Of a stretch of 64,000 nucleotides of DNA, positions 10,220 through 20,564 are shown one piece after another (the first letter of the stretch is position 1; the number at the start of each line of letters is the position of its first letter). The notes under the pieces were generated by a model. That model saw only the letters and a list, made by a program, of their open reading frames with translations. It was not told the origin of the DNA and made no database searches. Origin of the DNA: Cyanobacteria bacterium auto_48_18 (lineage in GTDB: Bacteria; Cyanobacteriota; Vampirovibrionia; Obscuribacterales; Obscuribacteraceae); assembly GCA_036170915.1 (NCBI GenBank), contig JAVHQC010000010.1, positions 160,001 to 224,000 on the forward strand, in the 5' to 3' direction. A program made the position numbers and the translations under genes.

Positions 10220-11512
10220 TTGATGAACCGATTGCTGGCGGCAATATTAATCTCTTGCTTTAGTCCAATTTTAATCGGCGCCTGCTCAAGCACGCAGCAA
10301 AAGTCGGCCGAACAAAGCGCACCGCCACCTCCAGTAGTGCAGGTGATCAAGTTGACACCTGAGGCGCTAGACATTTATCGCGACGTTCCAGCCCAAACTT
10401 ACGCCCGCAACAAAGTCGACGTGCGCGGCCGCGTGGACGGCTACATCGAAAAATGGCTGTTCAAACCAGGTCAGCAGGTTAAAGCCGGGCAGACTCTTTA
10501 TGTATTAGACACGAGACCCTATCGAGCCGAACTGGCCGGGGCCCAGGGCAAACTGCGCGAGGCGGAAGCCGACTTGCATTTTGCCAAACAACAAGTCTCA
10601 CTGGCCGAAGCTCAGGCCAATCTGGCCAGCGCCAATGCCACTCTTCTAAAAGCCAAACAAGACTATAGCCGCACCAAAGAATTGGTGGCAGAAGGCGCAG
10701 TATCGCGTCAAGATTTCGACACCGCGACGGCCAATTTGACATCGGCTCAGGCCACCGTTAAAGCGCGCACAGCGTCGGTGCAACAGGCAGACGTGACTAC
10801 GGCCACGCAGATTGATAGTGCCGGCGCCAAAGTTGAGCAGCAAAAAGCGGCAGTTTCTACCGCCTCACTCAATGTGCGCTATGCCACCATCATCGCCCCT
10901 ATCGCTGGTGTCATCGGTGAGTCACAAATTCCGGTGGGCGGCCTGGTGACGGCAAATTCCACCACACCGCTAACCACAATCGTGCCCCTCGATCCGCTTT
11001 TTGTGCGCTTCAAGGTCACCGAGTCGCAATACCTGATTTACAAGCGTACGCACAAAGGCAGTGCGCCTATTTTAGAAATGTACATGGCCGACGGCTCTAA
11101 ATTTCCCCACAAAGGTAAAGTCGATAACACTCTCAATGAAGTGGATCGTCGCACCGGTACACTCGAGGTGCAGGCTGAATTTCCTAACCCCGAACGTTCG
11201 GTTCTGCCTGGCCAATATGCCCGTGTGCGCTACATTCGCGAGCACCTGGCCGGTGCACTCACTGTGCCCGTTAAAGCAGTACAACAGACACAAAGTTTGA
11301 GCAGCGTGTTGGTCGTTGGCGCAGACAACAAAGCCGAGTCGCGGGTGGTCAAATTTGGGCCACGAGTAGGCGAACAGTTTGTGGTCGAAAGTGGGCTTAA
11401 AGCCGGCGAAACTATTATCGTCGAAGGTCAGATGGCAGTGCGCCCCGGCATGCTGGTCATCCCTGTGGCATCGCAGTCGCGCACGGCCGCTACCCCTCAA
11501 GAAATCAGGTAG
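10220..11512 (+). CDS. RND efflux periplasmic adaptor (MFP), lipoprotein
   Basis: Lipobox IGAC; VRGRVDGYI, IIAPIAGVIG, FPNPERSVLPG. Confidence 0.92.
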   Translation: MMNRLLAAILISCFSPILIGACSSTQQKSAEQSAPPPPVVQVIKLTPEALDIYRDVPAQTYARNKVDVRGRVDGYIEKWLFKPGQQVKAGQTLYVLDTRPYRAELAGAQGKLREAEADLHFAKQQVSLAEAQANLASANATLLKAKQDYSRTKELVAEGAVSRQDFDTATANLTSAQATVKARTASVQQADVTTATQIDSAGAKVEQQKAAVSTASLNVRYATIIAPIAGVIGESQIPVGGLVTANSTTPLTTIVPLDPLFVRFKVTESQYLIYKRTHKGSAPILEMYMADGSKFPHKGKVDNTLNEVDRRTGTLEVQAEFPNPERSVLPGQYARVRYIREHLAGALTVPVKAVQQTQSLSSVLVVGADNKAESRVVKFGPRVGEQFVVESGLKAGETIIVEGQMAVRPGMLVIPVASQSRTAATPQEIR

Positions 11513-11515
11513 AAC

Positions 11516-14500
11516 ATGGCCCGCTTTTTTATCGACCGCCCAATTTTTGCCATGGTAATCGCCATTATCATTGTCATTCTTGGGCTCGTGGCCATACCAT
11601 CACTGCCGGTGGCAAGCTATCCGCAAGTGGTGCCACCACAAATTCAAGTTACCGCCAACTACCTCGGCGGCAACGCTGCCGATTTAGAAAAAACAGTGGC
11701 GCAGCCAATCGAAGAGCAGCTGGTGGGCCTTGACGGCATGCTTTACTATCAGTCAACTTGCTCTAACAACGGCGCGCTCACTGTCACGGTCACATTTAAA
11801 TTGGGCACCGACCCTGATATCGCTGCAGTGCAAACGCAAAACCGAGTCAGCCTGGCCCTGCCCCGTTTGCCGCCCGAAGTGCAACGCCAGGGAGTCAATG
11901 TCAAAAAAGTTTCGTCTGCATTTTTGATGGCCGTCAGTTTGATTTCACCGGATGGCCGTTATGATTCGCAATTTCTCACCAACTACGCGCAAATCAATTT
12001 AGTTAATCAACTGGGAAGTTTGAACGGTGTGGGCGAGGCGCGCCTGGGCTCACAAGAATTGTACTCAATGCGAGCGTGGATCGACCCAGATAAATTGACG
12101 CAATACAACCTTACGGCCACAGATGTAAGCAATGCGGTGGCCGCTCAGAACAAGCAGAACCCGGCAGGATCGCTGGGTGAAGCACCGGCGCCGAAAGGCA
12201 CCGACATGCAATATTCGGTCTCCGCTCCGGGGCGATTGACCGATCCAAAACAGTTTGAAGATATTGTTTTGCGAGCCACTCCTGATGCTTCGCTATTAAA
12301 AGTACGCGATGTGGGCCGGGTCGAACTGGGCTCACAGACATATTCAGGCTTCAGCCGCCTGCGCGGCAAACCGTCGAGCAACGTCGTAATTTATCTGGCA
12401 CCTGGCGCCAACGCTGTCAAAACGGCCGAATCAGTACTGAAATTTGTTGAGAATGCGAAAAAGAATTTTCCGGCTGGCGTAGATTTTGTGGTGCCGTACA
12501 ACTCGACAATGTTCGTTAAGGCCGCCATCGAAGACGTAGTTAAAACTTTACTCGAAGCCATAGCCCTGGTCATTCTCGTGGTCTTCATCTTTTTGCAAAA
12601 CTGGCGCGCCACCATGATTCCGCTATTGACTGTGCCGGTTTCCATCATTGGTACATTTGCACTATTTCCACTGCTGGGCTTCTCAATAAATATCACCAGC
12701 ATGTTTGGTCTGATACTGGCCATCGGTATTGTCGTAGATGATGCCATCGTGGTAGTAGAAGCTGTGCAGAGCCACATCGATGAAGGAATGAACGCGCGCG
12801 ACGCCACTATTAAAGCCATGGAAGAAGTGTCGGGGCCGGTCATGGCCATTGCCATTATTCTCGCAGCAGTATTCGTGCCGGTGGCATTCATTGGTGGCAT
12901 CAGTGGTGAAATTTTCAAACAATTCGCCCTGACCATCGCCGTCTCTGTTCTCATATCAGCCCTTAGTGCCTTGACATTGAGCCCTGCTCTTTCGTCGATA
13001 CTCTTGAAACCATCAGGTCAAAGAAAAAATCTACTGACTCCATTTTTTGGTGCTTTCAACTTCGCCTTTGAACACACGCGAAAGAAGTACACTTCGTTTG
13101 TGGAATTTTTGATCAGAAGATCAATCATCGCGGTGACAACGCTCGGCCTGGTGATCGGTGGAACCATCTTTCTCTTCAAAGCTCTGCCCACAGGCTTCCT
13201 GCCCGAAGAAGACCAGGGAGCATTCTTTATATCAATTCGTCTGCCTGACGGTGCATCAACTGAGAGAACAGACAGAGCAACACAAAAAGTAGAAAAAATC
13301 TTGAGCCAGATACCTGATGTGGCAACATATTTTGTCATCGGCGGCATGGATATTTCAACAGGCACATCTAACTCAAATGTTTCCACAGTTATATGCGCAC
13401 TTAAACCCTGGGAAGAGCGAAAAAAGCCAGACCAGCAGCTTACAGCCATACTGGCAGAAGCGAAAAAACAATTTGGTCAAGTCAACGAAGCGCGCATTTT
13501 CGCTTTTGGTTTGCCACCAATTTTAGGCTTGAGCGTAACCGGCGGCTTCCAGTTTATGCTTGAAGACACTGCGGGTGGAAGTATTGAGGCACTATCGGCG
13601 GCGGCAGACAAAATCGTAGCAGCGGCAAAAAAACGACCGGAATTGACCAATGTAATCAGCACCTTCAGACCATCGGTACCTACATATTTAGTCAATGTCG
13701 ATAACGACAAGATGCAAACTCTCGGCATCAGCCCAATTGAGAGCTACAACACCCTGCAAACGTTCTTAGGCGGCCTCTACGTCAACGACTTCAATATCTT
13801 TGGCCGTACCTGGCAGGTGCGTGTACAGGCAGATCCCAAGTTTCGCGATGAGCCAGCAGACCTCGACCATTTTTATGTGCGCGGAGGCATGGGTGACATG
13901 GTGCCGGTCTCAACAATTGCCTCAATCAAACCGTCGGCCGGGCCAGATGTCATTTATCGCTACAACCGCTTCAGGGCTGTGCAAATCTTAGGCGGGCCCG
14001 CACCAGGTTACTCGAGCGGCCAGGCGACGCAAGCCATGCAAGAAGTAGCCAATGCCAATATTGGACCTGGTCTAAACTATGAATGGACCGGCACCACATT
14101 TCAAGAGAAGCAAGCTCAGGGCAATGAGCTTGCCATTTACGGTCTGGCAGCAATTCTAGTTTTTCTTTGCCTGGCAGCACTCTATGAAAAATGGTCGATA
14201 CCGCTGGCGGTGCTCTTTGCCGTACCACTAGGAATGCTGGGCGCGCTGCTGGGAATTTACTTACGCGGCTTCGCTTACGACATCTATACTCAAATCGGCA
14301 TCGTTACACTGATTGGGTTGTCTGCCAAAAATGCGATTTTGATTGTGGAATTCGCTAAAGAAAAACGAGACCACGGTGCCACCGCCGAAGATGCCGCCAG
14401 CGCAGCTGCTAATTTGCGCCTGCGGCCAATTTTAATGACATCGTTTGCGTTTATTCTCGGCGTCTGGCCGCTGGTGGCGGCAATGGGCGCGAGCTCAGGC

Positions 14501-14767
14501 GCCAGGCGCTCACTGGGAACAGCCGTATTTAGCGGCATGATCTCGGCGACCATTCTAGCCATCTTCATCGTGCCGGTTTTATATGTCTTGATTGAAAATG
14601 CGGTCAACAAAGAAAACAAGAGTCGTAGAAAGAAGCAGCAATCACTCAAGTCTGAAAATAGCGAGGGGGAAGATTTACCCGTTGCAGAGTCCGTACCAGA
14701 GTCCGTAGCAGAGTCCGTAGCAAGCTCGACTGATACCAATGAGACAAGAGTAAGCACGAAGGAGTAA
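11516..14767 (+). CDS. RND efflux permease, HAE1/AcrB family
   Basis: MARFFIDRPIFA, AIGIVVDDAIVVVE, GLSAKNAILIVEFA, RLRPILMTSFAFILG. Confidence 0.95.
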   Translation: MARFFIDRPIFAMVIAIIIVILGLVAIPSLPVASYPQVVPPQIQVTANYLGGNAADLEKTVAQPIEEQLVGLDGMLYYQSTCSNNGALTVTVTFKLGTDPDIAAVQTQNRVSLALPRLPPEVQRQGVNVKKVSSAFLMAVSLISPDGRYDSQFLTNYAQINLVNQLGSLNGVGEARLGSQELYSMRAWIDPDKLTQYNLTATDVSNAVAAQNKQNPAGSLGEAPAPKGTDMQYSVSAPGRLTDPKQFEDIVLRATPDASLLKVRDVGRVELGSQTYSGFSRLRGKPSSNVVIYLAPGANAVKTAESVLKFVENAKKNFPAGVDFVVPYNSTMFVKAAIEDVVKTLLEAIALVILVVFIFLQNWRATMIPLLTVPVSIIGTFALFPLLGFSINITSMFGLILAIGIVVDDAIVVVEAVQSHIDEGMNARDATIKAMEEVSGPVMAIAIILAAVFVPVAFIGGISGEIFKQFALTIAVSVLISALSALTLSPALSSILLKPSGQRKNLLTPFFGAFNFAFEHTRKKYTSFVEFLIRRSIIAVTTLGLVIGGTIFLFKALPTGFLPEEDQGAFFISIRLPDGASTERTDRATQKVEKILSQIPDVATYFVIGGMDISTGTSNSNVSTVICALKPWEERKKPDQQLTAILAEAKKQFGQVNEARIFAFGLPPILGLSVTGGFQFMLEDTAGGSIEALSAAADKIVAAAKKRPELTNVISTFRPSVPTYLVNVDNDKMQTLGISPIESYNTLQTFLGGLYVNDFNIFGRTWQVRVQADPKFRDEPADLDHFYVRGGMGDMVPVSTIASIKPSAGPDVIYRYNRFRAVQILGGPAPGYSSGQATQAMQEVANANIGPGLNYEWTGTTFQEKQAQGNELAIYGLAAILVFLCLAALYEKWSIPLAVLFAVPLGMLGALLGIYLRGFAYDIYTQIGIVTLIGLSAKNAILIVEFAKEKRDHGATAEDAASAAANLRLRPILMTSFAFILGVWPLVAAMGASSGARRSLGTAVFSGMISATILAIFIVPVLYVLIENAVNKENKSRRKKQQSLKSENSEGEDLPVAESVPESVAESVASSTDTNETRVSTKE
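14684..14722 (+). repeat. 12-bp in-frame tandem repeat (3 copies)
   Basis: (G/C)CAGAGTCCGTA x3, encoding AESV-PESV-AESV in the RND C-terminal tail. Confidence 0.85.
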
Positions 14768-14813
14768 AATTATCCTAGTAAGCTATCTCGGCCAGAAAGC
14801 ACACAAGGATAAG

Positions 14814-15521
14814 ATGGATATTACAGATTTAACTATCAAGATCTGTCGACACGCGAAATCAGAACAAAATGCCGGAGCTCTCGACGTCAGAGACATCGGT
14901 GATTATCGCATTCCACTTGCCTATGGTGGGGCTGAAGCAGCTATGCAAGTTGGCCGCGACCATGCGGAATTTTTACGCGCACCAGGCACGCTTTTCTATC
15001 GCTCTCCCTATTTACGTGTGCGGCAGACCATGGAAAATATTCTGAGGGGTGCAGACTTGCTTGGGCCAGGTGGTGAGCCTCTGGTGCGTGTCTATGAAGA
15101 TCCGCAGTTACGTGAAGTTGAACATGGCTATAAAAGTATTGATGTTCAAGCACCGCTGCGCGAATTGCACGGATGGTTTTATTATCGCTTTGAAGGTGGA
15201 GAATCGCCCGCAGACTGTTACGATCGCTGTTCGAGTTTTATCGAATCGATGATGCAGCAAATCAGACGTAGACCGGAAACACGCCAGGTGTTCATCTGCA
15301 CTCACGGGCTAACAGCAAGGCTTTTGGTAATGCGGTTTCTCTATCTGTCTGTGGAACAATTTGAAATTTTGGAAAACCCGCATAATTGTGATGTCATAAC
15401 CATCGCCTCTCTCAACAATCTGGAAAATCCGCAATTTGCCAGTCGCCGCTGGGGCGTAACCGGATTGCGAGTCAGACAAGAATCGGAGAAAAATACTCCG
15501 CAAATGTTAGATGACGTCTAG
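14814..15521 (+). CDS. Histidine phosphatase (phosphoglycerate mutase family)
   Basis: RHA(KS) catalytic motif, SPYLRVRQT, GGESPAD, THG. Confidence 0.85.
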   Translation: MDITDLTIKICRHAKSEQNAGALDVRDIGDYRIPLAYGGAEAAMQVGRDHAEFLRAPGTLFYRSPYLRVRQTMENILRGADLLGPGGEPLVRVYEDPQLREVEHGYKSIDVQAPLRELHGWFYYRFEGGESPADCYDRCSSFIESMMQQIRRRPETRQVFICTHGLTARLLVMRFLYLSVEQFEILENPHNCDVITIASLNNLENPQFASRRWGVTGLRVRQESEKNTPQMLDDV

Positions 15522-15529
15522 CAGTAGCC

Positions 15530-16567
15530 ATGACCTATGAACTTCCCGAACTTCCAGAACCGATACCACACGTAGAATCACGTCGCGACGCAGGCGAAAG
15601 ACCACCAGCAATTGAACGCTTGGTGCCGCTAGAAAAGAACTTCTACTCTAAAGTCATTCGCTATAACCAAATTCCAATCAAGTCGGCAGAAGCCGTTGAC
15701 GACCGGGCGCTACAAGAAGCCTGGAAGAGACTGCACATGATGCTGGCAAAGGTTCCAGAGATCGCGGCCAATCTCAGCGCAAATGGTGCCGAGCTTCACA
15801 TCATTGGAAAAAATCAGGTCACATCTGATCTGCCTGAGAACAGCCAATACAAAGGCAAACCTTTTGCCGGAGCTAAAGATTTTGACGAACGCACCAGAGG
15901 TGTTGGTGGACTATTTGCATCTTGCGGTGAAGAAAATCTTTTACGACTAAAAGAAGATAGATATTTTGGTAGTGACATTTGCGTTCACGAATTTGCGCAC
16001 ACCATCTATACCTACGGGCTCAATAATAACGTGCGTGAATCGATAAAGAAACAATATGAGTCGTCGCTAGACAAAGGCAAATGGAGCGGCTGCTATGCTG
16101 CCACAAATGTTGAAGAATTTTTCGCAGAGCTTTCGACATGGTTTTTCGGTTCTCATGGCGACTATGGGAAAATTTCACCAAGTCCGAAGGTTGGCCCCAC
16201 ATGGCTAAAAGAATATGATGCAGACGCATTCACAGTTCTGTCTGACCTTTACTCCGGCCGCACCAAAGTTGCACGACCCCCCTCCACTGTTCTTCAAAAA
16301 TTGCCGGTGAATATAGAGGCGAAAGTCAAATCTACGTCGTCTGCCATCCCAACTGAAATTCGTTTTGTTAATGAGTTGAGCTATCCGGTAAAGGTTTACT
16401 GGTTAGATTATCAAGGAAAGCGAGCTTACTATGCCGAAGTTGAGCCGCATGCCACTTTTACTCAGCAAACATTCTTGACTCATCCCTGGCTAGTCACAGA
16501 CGGCAACGAAAAACCGTTGGCAATATTTTTGCCGACCGAGCAGTTAGGCGTTGCGATCATAAAATAA
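15530..16567 (+). CDS. Zinc metallopeptidase (lethal-factor/PPEP-like) fused to a C-terminal VHL beta domain
   Basis: HEFAH plus EFFAE; C-terminal IRFVN...VYWLDYQG...TFLTHPW aligns without gaps to the pVHL beta domain. Confidence 0.75.
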   Translation: MTYELPELPEPIPHVESRRDAGERPPAIERLVPLEKNFYSKVIRYNQIPIKSAEAVDDRALQEAWKRLHMMLAKVPEIAANLSANGAELHIIGKNQVTSDLPENSQYKGKPFAGAKDFDERTRGVGGLFASCGEENLLRLKEDRYFGSDICVHEFAHTIYTYGLNNNVRESIKKQYESSLDKGKWSGCYAATNVEEFFAELSTWFFGSHGDYGKISPSPKVGPTWLKEYDADAFTVLSDLYSGRTKVARPPSTVLQKLPVNIEAKVKSTSSAIPTEIRFVNELSYPVKVYWLDYQGKRAYYAEVEPHATFTQQTFLTHPWLVTDGNEKPLAIFLPTEQLGVAIIK

Positions 16568-16622
16568 CTAGTCGCTCGAACCAACCAGAGGCCACGAGAG
16601 CTTCAAATCTATTCTAGCGGGA

Positions 16623-18245
16623 ATGATAAAGGCAATCGTAATATGTGATGGAGCAAAATCGGTCATGCAAACGAAAACTGATGAATTTGGCATTACGTTC
16701 GCAGTTGAGAAGGTTGAGCGCGCAAAAGATCTGCTGCCAACCCTCAAGACCGATCAAGCCTTGATGCAGTTGCTCGGTGACACAACAAAAATTGAATCTT
16801 GTTCCGGATTCAACAAAAATTGCATTAATGGAGTCGCCTTCCATCCGCTAGTTGCTGCTGCACACTTTGCTTTCAGCCAGCACCGCCCACTCTGCCTTTC
16901 GCCAGATATGATCTGGGTCACAATTGTTCAAGGTTTGGGCCGGCACATTAAGAACAACCCTGAAAGGCTTAGGCACCACTTTGTCGCCCACAGCGGAAAG
17001 CAAATTATTACAGTCGTACGCGACGATTTGCTTAAGGGCACGCCTGAAAATGCCTGGGAATCTGTGATCAACTCTATTTCGGCCGGAGTGCGCAATTCTG
17101 TTGGATCAAAATATGACCAATTAATATCAGATTTTTCAACCACGCAGTTGATCGAGCGCACCGCCTGCGAGGTCGCACTGCTAGACGCGTTCCAACCGTA
17201 TTTCGAGTATGAGGTTTATTGCATCTGCGGCATTCCAGAAATTACGCTCGAAGGTTCGCCCACCGACTGGCAGCGACTGCGCGCGAAAATTGAATATTTA
17301 TGCGACTACGAGCTTGACTGGTGGCTGCCGCACTTACGGAACATTGGTGACGAATTTGTTAAGGCCTCGCAAGGCGACATAAACCTGAATCACTGGAGTA
17401 ACATTTATAAACGCCATGACGCGTACGGATGGGACGATGTTAATGGATGGATAACTGATTTAATACCGTATTTGGAAAACAAAGCTACTGGTGATTGCAC
17501 AACTAGAAATCCGCTGCTGGCGAGAGATCCTAATGTACCTTTTGTCGATGAAGTTAAGAACCACACTGCATCTCCTTATGGCAATTGTGACTTTGCGATT
17601 TCGAGTAATAACATTCCTAGCGGTGTTTCACAGGCACCGTTCACGATTCAATTTGCAGACGAAATCGATTCTGAATCAATGGAATTTTTAGGTGGTTTTC
17701 TCGGCGTCACTCAAGATTCGAGTTCAGGCACCTTACGCCCGATGTTAGGTTGGGCGGTGCGTCAAGAGTCGGTACTTGACCAACTTTATACTCGTCTCAC
17801 ACCCTACAACTGCTCGCCGCCCCTCGATGCAGATTCCTATATAGAGTGCATGCAAAAAATTCTTGACCAGGCAAATTACTTTGGGCCATCCATACCTGGC
17901 GACCTGCTGAGATTTTACAAATTCTGCAACGGTGTCACACTGAATAGTGGAAAATACAAAATATTGCCCTTCGAGATGCTGCAGGATTGCAGCCCTAAAA
18001 TCGCTGCAGAAGATCTGGAAAGTTTGCCTGAAGAAGAAATTTTAAGAGCCTTGCGCCCAGGTAGCTGCCTGAAGATCTGCGAACTCGCTGATCAAAGTTA
18101 CGTTGACATTGAACTTTTTGCATCAACTCATGGAGATAGGGACGACTGTTCTAGAGTCTTACGTCATTTTCCGGATGGAGCCAAAAAGGTTGTTGCGTGG
18201 TCCTTCAGAGAATTCATTGAAATTTGTTTGAAGAACGAGTTATAG
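16623..18245 (+). CDS. DUF4419 protein with C-terminal SMI1/KNR4-like domain
   Basis: HRPLCLSPDMIW, FSTT, CGIPEITLEGSPTDW; tail IPGDLLRFYKFCNG...VAWSFREFI. Confidence 0.7.
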   Translation: MIKAIVICDGAKSVMQTKTDEFGITFAVEKVERAKDLLPTLKTDQALMQLLGDTTKIESCSGFNKNCINGVAFHPLVAAAHFAFSQHRPLCLSPDMIWVTIVQGLGRHIKNNPERLRHHFVAHSGKQIITVVRDDLLKGTPENAWESVINSISAGVRNSVGSKYDQLISDFSTTQLIERTACEVALLDAFQPYFEYEVYCICGIPEITLEGSPTDWQRLRAKIEYLCDYELDWWLPHLRNIGDEFVKASQGDINLNHWSNIYKRHDAYGWDDVNGWITDLIPYLENKATGDCTTRNPLLARDPNVPFVDEVKNHTASPYGNCDFAISSNNIPSGVSQAPFTIQFADEIDSESMEFLGGFLGVTQDSSSGTLRPMLGWAVRQESVLDQLYTRLTPYNCSPPLDADSYIECMQKILDQANYFGPSIPGDLLRFYKFCNGVTLNSGKYKILPFEMLQDCSPKIAAEDLESLPEEEILRALRPGSCLKICELADQSYVDIELFASTHGDRDDCSRVLRHFPDGAKKVVAWSFREFIEICLKNEL

Positions 18246-19364
18246 GCCCGGTTTGCTCAAAGCCGGAGCAGACTGTTCAGACAGCTGAGTAGCTGGGGGG
18301 TTCAAACGAATTCCCCGCTTTTGCAGGGCTTCAATAATTGTGGGCAGTGCGGCTCGCGCCGCAGACTCGCCTGCTGCCATTGCATTTGCAGCATCCTGCT
18401 TCTTCGTTGAAAGTAATCCAATTCCGTCAACATTAGGATGAATGACAATATCTGCTCTTGTCAGAGCACGATAATCTCTTCTAGCGAGCTCAAGGGTAAT
18501 CAACCTTTTTGCGACACTGCCAAGCTTGAGAAAAGATTCTGCAGATTCTTTTTTAAACCGTTCATCAACATCAACAGCAATAACAAAGTGCGCGCCTAAG
18601 GCACTGCGAGCTTCATTAACAGGGAGGTTCTGGATTACCGCACCATCAACGAATAAATCGTCGCCAATACGCACAGGACGCCTTAAAACGGGCACCGCCG
18701 AACTGGCTTGCATAGCGAGAATCAGATCACCTTTAGTCAATGCATAAACGTGGCCGTCAACAAGATTGAGCGCCACGGCACAAAAAGGAATGGACAAATC
18801 TTGAATGTTTCTACGGTCGTCAGGCAATTCTTTGGCTAAAAATTTGGTAAAAAGGCCACCTTTATATATTCCATCAAAATGTTTCTTGCCAAATACGTAA
18901 GGCACCACGTGCAGTGGCGCTGTTACAACTCTTACTGTTGGCGACGGAGCCATGAAAGCCTTCATGATTTTATTGTTGCGAAATTGCTTTTCTAATTCGG
19001 GCAGCGGAACTCCCGCTGCATACATTCCCCCGACAATCGCACCAATGCTAGTGCCGGCAATACAGTCAATGGGCACACCAGCTTCAACCAACACTTTTAA
19101 AACACCGACATGGGCGCCACCACGAGTGCCACCACCACCTAAGGCGAGGCCAACGCGCGTACCTGAAGTCTCGACAGCTGAACCACGTCTAAACTCTGGC
19201 GAGGCCGCGTCAAAGAGGTTATCGAAGCTCCCAGACCCGGTGGGAAACTGTCTGTCAGTAACTCTCGCAGCATGAGCGACCGGCGGAAAGAACAAGCTCA
19301 GGCAGGCCGTCGCTACTAGTAACCGTTTAGAGATGCACATAGAATGTGCCATAGAATTCCCCAT
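18240..19364 (-). CDS. Patatin-like phospholipase
   Basis: LALGGGGTRG, GTSIG, DGA motifs; signal peptide. Confidence 0.9.
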   Translation of the reverse strand: MGNSMAHSMCISKRLLVATACLSLFFPPVAHAARVTDRQFPTGSGSFDNLFDAASPEFRRGSAVETSGTRVGLALGGGGTRGGAHVGVLKVLVEAGVPIDCIAGTSIGAIVGGMYAAGVPLPELEKQFRNNKIMKAFMAPSPTVRVVTAPLHVVPYVFGKKHFDGIYKGGLFTKFLAKELPDDRRNIQDLSIPFCAVALNLVDGHVYALTKGDLILAMQASSAVPVLRRPVRIGDDLFVDGAVIQNLPVNEARSALGAHFVIAVDVDERFKKESAESFLKLGSVAKRLITLELARRDYRALTRADIVIHPNVDGIGLLSTKKQDAANAMAAGESAARAALPTIIEALQKRGIRLNPPATQLSEQSAPALSKPGL

Positions 19365-19746
19365 CTAATCGTTTTGAGCTTTGAGCGTTGAGCGAGGCAG
19401 TGCAAGGCTGTTGGCGCAAGTTTCAAATTTCGCTCTTCTACAAGCATAGCCTCAAAGTGAGTCACTATGCTGATAAGAGATATGTAGCCAACTTAGCCGG
19501 CCACCACGTGAAACCGCCAGCCAGGGGCCGTAGTGTCAGAAATAGGTTTAACTGAAAATGTGAAGTATCCTTCAGGTTTTGGGTTTTTGCGATTTTGGAG
19601 ACAAAGAGCCTCAACAAAAGGCGAAGCCAGCCACACTTGACATCGGTCGAAGTTGGCCCCATTGATACAAAAAGCTCGGTAATTAGATTGATGGTCATGG
19701 CGTGCTAAAGTTTGCCGAATTCCACTCTAATAAAAGAGGTCTTCTA

Positions 19747-20535
19747 ATGGAAACGCACAAGCACGCAGTTGATGCTCGCAAATCGACAGATCCAAAGTTT
19801 ATGCACTGGAAATCAAGATTTAAATTAGCAGCGGCCGTTTTCGAAGAAGGAAATGCAAGCGAAGCACGCACCCTCATATATAAAACGCTGATGGAAGCAG
19901 AAGGATTGGCTGACCGTGACTTTGCAGTGCCAGCCTCACAAATCGCTATGGCTATTGTCTGTATGGAAGAAGGCAATTTAAAGGAGTCGAAAGAATATTT
20001 TGACAAAGGCTTGAACAGCCTGCGCCTTCTCGGTGACGACGCCGGTCGCGAGCTGTATGCCGCCGCACTTAGATTTAAGGCAATGTGGCACGACCAAAAT
20101 CAAGATCTCACTAGTGCAGAAACTTGCCTGAGAGAATCTGTCGATATTTTGAAAAACCAGGCAGGCGCCAGTGCCGTGCAGCTGGCGTGTTCGCTAAATG
20201 ACCTGTCGTTCGTGCTCATACGATCAGAGCAGCTGGAAGAAGCCAGTGAATTGATTCGTGCATCAATGGGAATTCTAGCCAACACAGTCGGTGTAGAAGA
20301 CGCTTCGTATGACTGGGCAAAAATGCTGTATCAAGTTTGCCTTACACGCAATGACGAAGCGCTTTTCATAGAAACATTTGAGCTGTCCGCCACTGAACTT
20401 CAGTACAAGCGGGGTGGCAAACATCCGAATCTTGTACGTGCCCTCAATGCGTACGCGGCTGCGTTGAAAAAACGGGGAATGACCGAACAACTTGAAGAGG
20501 CGAAAGAAAAATTTGTTGCTTTATATAAAAGTTGA
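19747..20535 (+). CDS. TPR-repeat protein
   Basis: GAGG RBS before ATG 19747; kinesin-light-chain-like TPR helices (LACSLNDLS, HPNLVRALNAYA). Confidence 0.7.
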   Translation: METHKHAVDARKSTDPKFMHWKSRFKLAAAVFEEGNASEARTLIYKTLMEAEGLADRDFAVPASQIAMAIVCMEEGNLKESKEYFDKGLNSLRLLGDDAGRELYAAALRFKAMWHDQNQDLTSAETCLRESVDILKNQAGASAVQLACSLNDLSFVLIRSEQLEEASELIRASMGILANTVGVEDASYDWAKMLYQVCLTRNDEALFIETFELSATELQYKRGGKHPNLVRALNAYAAALKKRGMTEQLEEAKEKFVALYKS

Positions 20536-20564
20536 TTCAGTTGCTTTGAAAAATCGCAACTGGA

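Noticed and set aside
10128..10223. Short MARARVLEK... ORF as a TetR relic or leader peptide
   Set aside because: CTG start, no HTH similarity beyond the first residues; insufficient support
12391..14757. Long antisense ORFs inside the RND gene (and similar ORFs opposite patatin, jetC, BON and the TPR genes)
   Set aside because: Shadow frames of well-supported genes, with no motifs
19365..19746. ncRNA or riboswitch in the long intergenic region
   Set aside because: No recognisable motif or strong stem; adequately explained as divergent promoters
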